Assembly (NCBI GenBank): GCA_034780895.1
Contig: JAUZTB010000042.1
Span: 20,220,558-20,284,557 of the forward strand
Direction: 5' to 3'
Source: Rhynchobatus australiae
Taxonomy: Eukaryota
Length of the DNA: 64,000 nt
Shown here piece by piece: positions 54,938 through 64,000 of this stretch. Both the position numbers and the translations under genes were made by a program. How positions within the stretch are numbered: the first letter of the stretch is position 1; each line of letters begins with the position of its first letter. A model generated the notes under the pieces. That model saw only the letters and a program-made list of their open reading frames with translations. It was not told the DNA's origin and searched no databases.

Positions 54938-56270
54938 GTGATGGTAACCAATTCATTTTGGATCTATGACTCTGTACTATAAGTAATCTCAATATGTTTA
55001 CTGAAATTTTGTTCAACATTATCAGTGGGTAGTGTTATTTGTGAATCAGTAAGCAAAAAAAAAGAATTTGGGTATGGAAATGATAGTTTGAGATGTGGCA
55101 GTAGTTTCCATGGTAGGTTAATGATCGATTAATTGGGGTAGTGGAGGCAGATTTGAACGGAATAAGGATAGTCAATGCCTACAAATATCTACAATCCCAA
55201 ATAAGATGGGTTCTGGTTAGAGTACTTGGTTGGCTAGTGTTTATTATATATAAAGTCCAAAATGCAGGAGGTTGGTTTAATTGATAATCCCAGAGAGGAA
55301 TTAAGGGACGTTATGAGAGAAATGAATGAAAGATAGGAGTTCAGGGCTATGTAGGGTGGAATCTTGGTGGGAGTTTGGCTGGCACAAAAAGGAGGAAAGC
55401 TCAGTCTTCAAGAAAAAGTCCTCAGAAGGTAGAGGAAGCAACAGCAGATTTCAGGAGACTGTTAACAGTTGAGAGGCTGAAGGTTAACTTTGTATTTCAT
55501 GGTGATCTTGGAATTGAGCATGTTCATCAGAAGATTTGATAATGAGGGGCAAAGAATGACCATGGTGGTTTGGANNNNNNNNNNNNNNNNNNNNNNNNNN
55601 NNNNNNNNNNNNNNNNNNNNNNNNNNNNNNNNNNNNNNNNNNNNNNNNNNNNNNNNNNNNNNNNNNNNNNNNNNNNNNNNNNNNNNNNNNNNNNNNNNNN
55701 NNNNNNNNNNNNNNNNNNNNNNNNNNNNNNNNNNNNNNNNNNNNNNNNNNNNNNNNNNNNNNNNNNNNNNNNNNNNNNNNNNNNNNNNNNNNNNNNNNNN
55801 NNNNNNNNNNNNNNNNNNNNNNNNNNNNNNNNNNNNNNNNNNNNNNNNNNNNNNNNNNNNNNNNNNNNNNNNNNNNNTAACTAGCAGAGGCAGAAATGAT
55901 TACAGGTTAATGAACCTATTAGTGTTTTAATGGCACTATGTCAATGTTCCACAAATCTATGCTATCCTTCTTAATTATTACTAATATATTCCAATATTTT
56001 GATTGAAATGCTGATGGGTGCTATCCAGATTCATTTTAATAAGGCAAAGTTCAATAATTATTTCAGATCTGCCTTGTTTGTGGTTAATTAAAAATGTGAA
56101 ATCTGTCACATTACACTAATATCCCTCTTTAGAAGAAATGTAGACAAAAATGATTGTTCTTGTCATTGTTAATAACTTGCAAACTTATTAAAAATCAAAA
56201 ATGAATAAAAATGTTCTTGCAGTATGAAAGATTTTCTAATGAAATTGGATGGTATTGATCTTTTTTATAG

Positions 56271-57792
56271 GAAAGCCAAATGAGCAGAACAGGAATAAAG
56301 AGGAAGGACTGGAGCACAATGTTGAAGTAGAAGAGGAGGAATATAACTATGAAGAGGATGATCAATTCCCACAACCAGTGAATCAAAAAGATGCACTACA
56401 TGAGCAAAGCCAAAAGAATATTGAAGAAGTTGGAAGTCAAAAAGAAAAGGCAGACAGCATCCAAGAGGCCAAACGCTCCCCTAATTTGCATNNNNNNNNN
56501 NNNNNNNNNNNNNNNNNNNNNNNNNNNNNNNNNNNNNNNNNNNNNNNNNNNNNNNNNNNNNNNNNNNNNNNNNNNNNNNNNNNNNNNNNNNTGCATAACA
56601 AGGTGAATGACGTCACTATAAAAGACTACGGCGATGATTATGATGACTATACTTTTAAGAGGAAAAGGAAGCTATTCTTTGTTGTAGAAAATAAACCGAG
56701 TAACAGTGCAGTTGATCATAATACAGTTGTTGACCATAGATTAGCTGAGAAAGTTCTAGCACGCAAAGGAATGAAAAGCAAGAGAAACAAAATTTCTTCG
56801 GTTAAAGAAAACATACAGAGCACCCATTCTCCAAGTCAAAAAACAAATAGGACTTACCAAGGTTCTTCAAAACAGAAATATATATCATTGAATGATGGGT
56901 TAGGAGATCTAACTGTAAAATCCTCTGTAAAAGAGAAGGCTAAAGGCAACAACTTTTCTGCCCAGCAGATTTCTCAGGGAAAAAATCTGGATATTAACCA
57001 AAATATTGGTAGACTTGAGATTAAAGAGAGACAAGTTCATGGGTTAGTGGAGAAACAAAAAGAAATGGTCATTCAGAAAGCTAAGAGAACAACTTATGAC
57101 CAACAACCACCTACATTGTCAGGACAAAAAGTGAACAAAAATGATGTTGCATTTATCAATAAAAAGGATAGTAAAGGGAGAACTCATCAGTTAAAGCGTA
57201 GAGAACTTAAGTCACCATCCAAACTGAAAGAGGAAACATTTGATGCTGACAGACAAATCAATAGTTCAAATAAATCTGTCCTTGGTCAAAATAACAAACT
57301 AAATAATCTTGCTGAGAACCCAGGACCTTCAGTCCCCATGCTGTCCCACACCAGAAAGGAGAAACAATCAATCAAAATGACAGACCACTATGATAAAGTT
57401 ATATCAATTGCCAATCAGAAATGGAAAGAGAAAGAATATGATTATACAAAACAGGAAAATGATCCAGTAATCAAAAGGTCACAAGGTAAAATCAAAGAAA
57501 ATTTTAAAGAGAATAGGAACAAAGATAGAAAATGGAGTCGCCTGGATAAATCAATAAGAGAAGAGGATGATGAAGAAGACTTCCCAGATGATGTGAACTT
57601 TTATCAACATATATATGACAAAGCAGTCAGTTGGGAACAGACCTTCTCCGTAAACAATATGGACTTCCATTCCTTAAGATCTGACTGGATTGATCTCCGA
57701 TGTAATGTGTCGGGAAATTTGTTGATAAAAGATCAAGAGGCTCTAGATGTCGTGGAAATGTACATGAGGAAGCTGAATGAAAAACACAAAGG
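56271..57792 (+). CDS. B4GALNT3: B4GALNT3-like large exon (human exon 14 equivalent): long charged stem and start of catalytic region; contains a 100-N gap
   Basis: ttttatag|GA acceptor, phase 1; donor GG|gtgagt, phase 2. Open over about 1.5 kb (ORF track 56249-57796), ending VSWEQTFSVNNMDFHSLRSDWIDLRCNVSGNLLIKDQEALDVVEMYMRKLNEKHKG, which matches the B4GALNT3 W.QTFS..DF..LR.DWIDL.CN.SGNLL motif. Confidence 0.95.
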
Positions 57793-58989
57793 GTGAGTAA
57801 TGATTTGCATCCTTCATTTTCTCTTCCAAACATGATGATTTACCTTGTGGATTCTGAGGTTTTTATCCCCCTAATTCCTCACTTTCAGCACAGGAAATCA
57901 CAATCAAACCAGTGCAATATTTTTTTTCTTGGCCCTTTTGTCTAACATGNNNNNNNNNNNNNNNNNNNNNNNNNNNNNNNNNNNNNNNNNNNNNNNNNNN
58001 NNNNNNNNNNNNNNNNNNNNNNNNNNNNNNNNNNNNNNNNNNNNNNNNNTCTAACATGGAAATGGTGGCCAAAACCATCAATGAACTTATTGCACCCAGT
58101 CTTATATAGTGGCTGATGATAGGCACCTAAGCTTCCAAAGGAACATAAGTTGAAGCTACCTAAAGCTGGGCACTTGCATTGGAGGCTCAAACTTTTGCCG
58201 TGCATGTTCAGTTTGCTACCACACAGGTTTCGACTGCTGTCATTATGTCTGTAAATGCCAGTGCTAAAGAGTCTTGTGGGAATTTACAACAATTCGGCTC
58301 CAACTGATTTGTGGATGGTCCATCCTTGGAGAGTGATAACAACTCTACAGAGCATGAAGCTGCTGTCCTTGGAACAATAAATTTATCCACTTGCTCTATC
58401 ACTTTGCCAGTGCCCTTCTTTTTTAACCTACCAGCCATCCATCCAAGATGGTTGCTGCTCCTACCATGCTGCTGTAGTCTGAAGCCTGACCTTGCCTCTG
58501 AGCTGCTTGAGATTTTGCTCTGTTTCCACTGAAAGCATAGGGCTTTCCATGTACTATGGTGCCACCACTGTTGGGATAATGCACCTGGCGTGCAAAGTCA
58601 CAAGTATGGCTGTACCAAGGGTAATGTGCAAGGGTGATTAGTTTAGTTTTGCATGCAATATAGTATGATTACAAATTTTGGTTTGGCATATTTACTTGTC
58701 CACTGATAGTCAGCAATAAAAGGATAAGATGTATGTGATTGCTGACATTGTATTCAGATGAATTGTTTATAAACAGCTCAGCTAGAAAGTCCAAGATTGT
58801 CACCTCCTTTCCACTTTAGATTTCCATTGTTTCTCATCTGTTCTCTATAGCTGATTATAAACCGTGTCCACTTGTGGCAAGATTGTGCAGAATATAGCAG
58901 ACCACCACAATTCTTGACACCACTTAACAAATAATGCAGAGCACTCTGAGGAGAAAAAGACGTTTTTACATGAAATCAATCACCGATGG

Positions 58990-59380
58990 GTCAAATACAG
59001 TTGGCACAGTGGGGTGTCAGGATATTGAATGTTGCACTGTATGATCGTCTGGCTATGGCCATACATAAGATGGACGCTAAGGGAATGGAAATACTCTTGA
59101 TTGCAGTACATCTTTGAGTTGTATGTAGTGCCCCCAAAGTGACATGCATGTTGCTTGTGGCAATCTGCACCACGGAGATGCTTGCAGTCATTGTATAGCC
59201 GTGTGCATGTTTACCTGCTGCTGTTGTAGAAGTTATAGCTTTCATTAATGAGGGAGCATCAGTAAGTTCCACCGTGTAACAGTTAACAATAAACCCAGAG
59301 ATATTCCAAATTTCTGAGATGTCAGGTTCACCCATTGCACAAAAATTCATGGCCATGGCCACTTGTATTTTGGTCCTTTT
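58990..59380 (-). mobile_element. PIF/Harbinger (HARBI1-like) transposase fossil
   Basis: Minus-strand frames give AMAMNFCAMG...ISGFIVNCY..ELTDA, VQIATSNMHVTL and YCNQEYFHSLSVHLMYGH..IIQCNIQYP. These are degenerate versions of the HARBI1-type motifs ALNFYASG, VQGAIDCTHV and NRKGFHSLNVQLVCDH...YPG. Confidence 0.6.
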
Positions 59381-61391
59381 CCTTCTCTGAGGTTAAAGTT
59401 GTGGCTGGAGCAGATTTTAGTGGGGACATCAGATTTATAAAGTCTTTTACATTTTTCCTTGCTGATCTTCTAGTCAGACCATTACTCTCCGAGAGCTCTG
59501 GGTGAATATGGCTTTCTCTCCCTCCTCCCTCTTTTCTATCAATTTATTCTGTTGTAGGCGCCCTCAAGAGTAGCTGGCTTGTGTAGATGCCTTGAAGCCA
59601 ACACGAAGGACTTTAGCATGTACTGCCTCCCATAGACTTTAGGACCTGGAAGAACTATAGAAAATGCCATTGGAGCAAGAACCAGAAGTTGATCAGCAAT
59701 CAATTTGCAAGTGCTTAATGATTGCTTTAAATAACATTGGTACCAGCTCCTTCCTCCTGCTCGGCCAGCAGAGTTGATAATTTTTGCCTGAGAAACTTTC
59801 TTTTACCTACTTTGTCTTGTGCATTTCTCCACCATCCCTCTGCATTTGCCCAAACTTTCCTTAATTCCATGTGCCATTAGTTTAATTTTTAATATTTTAT
59901 CCCACAACAGATAAACATGCATTTTGATTATGCATGTAAAAATATGTCCTTTTATGTTTTTGATTATGTACTTGATTTTCTCAGGGATTATCCGTGTGTC
60001 AAAAACCTACTGAAGTTCTGATTAATTTGTTTGTTCAAGTACATGTCAACTGATTTAATAAATTACCTTTGTTTTGTATTCTGTGTTTGTATAGTTTTAA
60101 CCTGCCAAAGTGAGTAAAGAAAAATGACTGTACTGTTTTTCCAACAGGGTTGGCAGTTCTGCCTATTTGCAGATTCCTGGCAGTTTCCTTTTCCATAGAA
60201 GTTTTGAAAATTATTGCCAGAACCTCAGTTATTTTGTCCTTCACGTCTCACAGAATGCTGCTGCATAAATCTGTACTTTTCTCTATTTGTCTTGCTGTTC
60301 AACTTAATATCTGAGCTATCTGTGCTTAACATTAGTTTCACTTTCAAGCCATGGAATTTCAGGCTTTGTAAAGTTTCCTTTAATTTCTTAATGGGCTACA
60401 TTTCATTTTTATCTTTTCTCTTCCGAGTGGAAAAACTGTTGATGTTGGGTGAGAAAAGATAGGTCATTAAGTAGAATTTTATTATGTTTACTTAAGCTTA
60501 TTATGATACCCATTTTAATGCTGGGCACCATAGCAGTAGTGGTCCAACATAGCAATTAAAAGCAAATGCAGTAAAGTGAGAGAAGAACCCAATGATCAAG
60601 TCATAGAATTTCCTAAAGTGACTGCTGCACTCTACGTCAGATGAAGGTTGGAGCATACTCTGCTTCCTGGCTCACCCACAGGCCTCGGTCTGAATTCTGT
60701 GGTTGCTCTCAGTAATAATTGTGCTAGGGATCTAGACGAACACTTGAATTGCCAAGACATAGAAGGCTACAAACCCAATTGCTGATAAATGGGATTAGTG
60801 TTGATGGATGATTGATGGTCAGCATGGACAAGATGGGCCATGGGGCCTGTTTCTCTGCTGTACTTCTCCATGACTTAACATTGACCAAGAGTAATAGTGA
60901 GCAAGGTTGTCCTAGTGTCAGTGGGAAGGTTTGTTGGACCTTGTTTCTATATCAGAATTCCAGTTTTGCCCAATGTCACAGACAGTACTTGAGTTGAGCA
61001 CAGCCTTTAGACATTTTGAGCTAGGTACTCCATTTGTTGTTAACGTGCTAATATCTTGTGTTGAATTTAATAGCTGCTGCATTGTTGCAAGCTAGCAAGA
61101 TGGGGGAGAGCATAAGTCTCATTTTAACCTCTCGTACTTGTTTTTGTCTGACCAGTAAGATGTAAGATAATCTTGTGTTTAAATATNNNNNNNNNNNNNN
61201 NNNNNNNNNNNNNNNNNNNNNNNNNNNNNNNNNNNNNNNNNNNNNNNNNNNNNNNNNNNNNNNNNNNNNNNNNNNNNNNNNNNNNNATATTAATAACTCT
61301 GCAATAATATTGAAGGGTATACAATTGACTAGAACAAGTGGAGCATGTTTACAGTGTTTTTTCTGATAACAATTTATTTATTTGAAAACAG

Positions 61392-61690
61392 AATATATAC
61401 ACTTCATCAAATAGTTAATATTGAAAAGCGCCTTGATCGCCTGCGTGGAAGTCGATATCTCCTGGAACTCGAGCTGTTGTTGAATCAAAAAACAATTGTG
61501 CGATTATCAGAGTATATTTATAACCTCAACGGAAATGGCTACCACATGGATGGCGGTGATGAACGGAAGATGAGAAACATATTCCGGCAAGGAGGCTGGA
61601 ATTTTAGAGAAAATCAAGAAAAGATGATGCTGTGTACACCAACTGGATTCAGTTGGCAACGCAACGCAATGATACACTTTATAGTTCCAG
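61392..61690 (+). CDS. B4GALNT3: B4GALNT3-like exon (human exon 15 equivalent; catalytic domain)
   Basis: aacag|...CAG|gtaaag, phase 2-1. IYTLHQIVNIEKRLDRLRGSRYLLELELL...VRLSEY...LCTPTGFSWQRNAMIHFIVP. Confidence 0.96.
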
Positions 61691-61827
61691 GTAAAGTTGC
61701 ATTCTCACCTGAACATACATAGGAACAGCTATTTTTAAGAGGCATTTGGCAAATTTTGGAAATCAGATTTGAGGAGTGTAGCTGTTATCCGCTCATTAAG
61801 AATTAATTGACTCTAACTCTAGATGGA

Positions 61828-62900
61828 GTCATAGAAGTATACAGCATGGAAACAGGCCCTTTGGCCCAACTGGTCCTTGCTGACCAAGATACCCCATCCA
61901 AGTTGTTTGCCAGTGTTNNNNNNNNNNNNNNNNNNNNNNNNNNNNNNNNNNNNNNNNNNNNNNNNNNNNNNNNNNNNNNNNNNNNNNNNNNNNNNNNNNN
62001 NNNNNNNNNNNNNNNNNNNNNNNNNNNNNNNNNNNNNNNNNNNNNNNNNNNNNNNNNNNNNNNNNNNNNNNNNNNNNNNNNNNNNNNNNNNNNNNNNNNN
62101 NNNNNNNNNNNNNNNNNNNNNNNNNNNNNNNNNNNNNNNNNNNNNNNNNNNNNNNNNNNNNNNNNNNNNNNNNNNNNNNNNNNNNNNNNNNNNNNNNNNN
62201 NNNNNNNNNNNNNNNNNNNNNNNNNNNNNNNNNNNNNNNNNNNNNNNNNNNNNNNNNNNNNNNNTCCCTCCTATGTATTGGGCTTCCCCTTTTCCCTATC
62301 ATCAGTCCTGAAGAAGGGTCCTGATCCGAAACGTTGACTCCCTGGTTTTCTCCATGGGTGCTGTCTGGCCTGCTGAGTTCCTCCAGCATCATTGTGTTTT
62401 TCACCTTCTAAACCTTTCCAATCTATGTACCTGCCCAACCGTCTTTTAAAAGTTGTTATTGCACCGGCCTCAACCACTTCCTCTGGCAGCTGATTTCACA
62501 TAGATACCAACCTTTGTGTAAAAAAAAAAGTTACCCTTCAAGTTTCTCTTAAATCTTTAACCTCTCATTTTATGCCCATTAGTTCTTGATTCCCCAGCTC
62601 TGGGGGAGAAAGACTGAGTGCATTCACCTTATCTATGCCCCTCATGATTTTATACACCTCTATAAGATCACCTCTCAGTCTCCTAACTCTAAGGAATAAA
62701 GTCCTAGCCTGTCCAACCTCTCCCTATAACTCAGTGCCTCAAGTCCTGGCAGCATCCTTGTAAATATTTCCTGCACTCTTTCCGGTTTAATAACATCTTT
62801 CCTATGGCAGGGCAACCAAAACTGAACACAATACTCCAAGTGTGGCTTCACCAACTTTCTGTACAACCACACCAAAACCTCCCAAATTTTATACTCAATG
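61828..62900 (-). mobile_element. CR1 3' fragment interrupted by an N-gap and a Penelope-derived repeat
   Basis: Minus-strand ORF LYRKLVKPHLEYCVQFWLPCHRKDVIKPERVQEIFTRMLPGL; 3' tail near 61830. Confidence 0.85.
62304..62339 (+). ncRNA. Minimal type I hammerhead ribozyme motif within a Penelope-derived repeat (about 62265-62402)
   Basis: AGTC-CTGAAGA-A-GGGTC-CT-GATCC-GAAACGT-T-GACT: stem I AGTC/GACT, intact CUGANGA and GAAA core, 5-bp stem II, palindromic ACGT in place of stem III, GUU cleavage triplet. Confidence 0.7.
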
Positions 62901-63704
62901 CCTCAAACAAATAAATCATCTAGTTAAATGTTATCAAGTAATCACCTTTTAAATTAAATGAAAGAATATTATGTAGAGATGCAACTATTAATTACCTAAT
63001 AAAATTTGTCCATTCACAGATTGACTTGAGCAACATAGCTGCAGCTTTGCTTTCTTCATAGTTTTGTGTTTCACAGTATGCTGAGATATGGCGCTATTAA
63101 GATTATTTATCTTGTGCTTAGGATGAATGCAAATAATAATGCCAATAATCTTGGTAAAGTTAACACTGTTTATTATCCAACAACATACTGCATGTGCACA
63201 GTTGTTTTAGCCTCCAGTTAATTTTGTGTTAATCAAATGCACTACATTTAACTTTACATATCCAAACAAGATTCTTTGACAGTTTGGATAACTCTTTTAA
63301 CTTAATATAAGAACTGTATAATCATGCTACACTTATTATTCTGTGCTTGGCTTCCCCTGCTCACAATCCATTGTTAAATTAATGGCTGTAGTAAATTGTA
63401 GTGAGTTCTATTGTGCTGCAAAAGAAGCAGTGTTGTACTAAACCAGAATCAGCAATTCAAGAAGTGTCTGTTATACAAAGTTGTTTATGGAACAATATAA
63501 ATTTACTATTTCTTACTAGTATTGCATCCGGGGAAATTTTTAGAAATACATTTGATCTTTCAGTGTTTTTGAGGATATGTAAAAAGAGGGTTAAATGGTT
63601 AGTGAATGGAAAGGGGATTTGAGAAGTGAATGTACCTGTAGTTATTGAACTTGATTACTACAAATGCATGTGCATTGTCAGTAATTTCTGTTTTCTTTCT
63701 ACAG

Positions 63705-63858
63705 TAAAAAACCAAGCTCGATGGGTACAGCAATTTATCTTTGATATGGAGGAGTTGTATGCAGTCTCTGGAGATGAATACTTTAATGTCATCATCACTG
63801 ATTACAGCAGTACAGACATGAATGTTGAAAAAGCCCTGAAAAACAGCATGTTGACCAG
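63705..63858 (+). CDS. B4GALNT3: B4GALNT3-like exon (human exon 16 equivalent; GT7-type catalytic domain)
   Basis: ttctttctacag| acceptor, phase 1; donor AG|gtttct, phase 2. [50 protein letters not shown]. The gene continues past the window end. Confidence 0.95.
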
Positions 63859-64000
63859 GTTTCTATCTCTTCATTAACATTACAACATTTTGTATTGAAG
63901 TTGAAATAATGATGGGCTGGATCTAATTACTGCTGTTTGGAAGCATCAATACTTAAACACTTGTAAGTCCAGAACCACCACACAAGGAGCTTGGTAGCAA

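Noticed and set aside
498-63858. Assignment as B4GALNT4
   Set aside because: Some residues are T4-like (FGFYKYMKMD, FPLFPH), but [40 protein letters not shown] and ITDYSS, plus the exon-2 peptide, favour B4GALNT3. A phylogeny would settle it.

Overview
Eukaryotic, AT-rich, repeat-laden genomic DNA. The repeat complement (HE1-type SINEs, DeuSINE/SacSINE-like elements, abundant CR1, Rex1 and Penelope-derived repeats) points to a cartilaginous fish (shark or ray). The window lies inside one large + strand gene of the beta-1,4-N-acetylgalactosaminyltransferase 3/4 family, most likely B4GALNT3. I could read 12 coding exons with GT-AG boundaries, and their phases match at every junction between adjacent visible exons. 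Three expected small exons (equivalent to human exons 3, 7 and 11) are not visible and may lie in N-gaps. The first exon and the last exons fall outside the window. The most unexpected feature is a CpG-rich promoter plus two well-formed + strand exons (31025-31099, 34375-34549) of an apparently unrelated membrane-anchored protein, in the intron where B4GALNT3 exon 7 should be. Other notable items: an intact minimal hammerhead-ribozyme motif in a Penelope-derived repeat (62304-62339), two abutting hairpins, one a perfect 26-bp stem (53362-53475), a 163-bp structured direct repeat (19657 and 21588), and several 100-N gaps that look like unmerged contig overlaps. Protein and repeat identities come from my recollection of family consensus sequences, not from database searches. 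Repeat boundaries are approximate.
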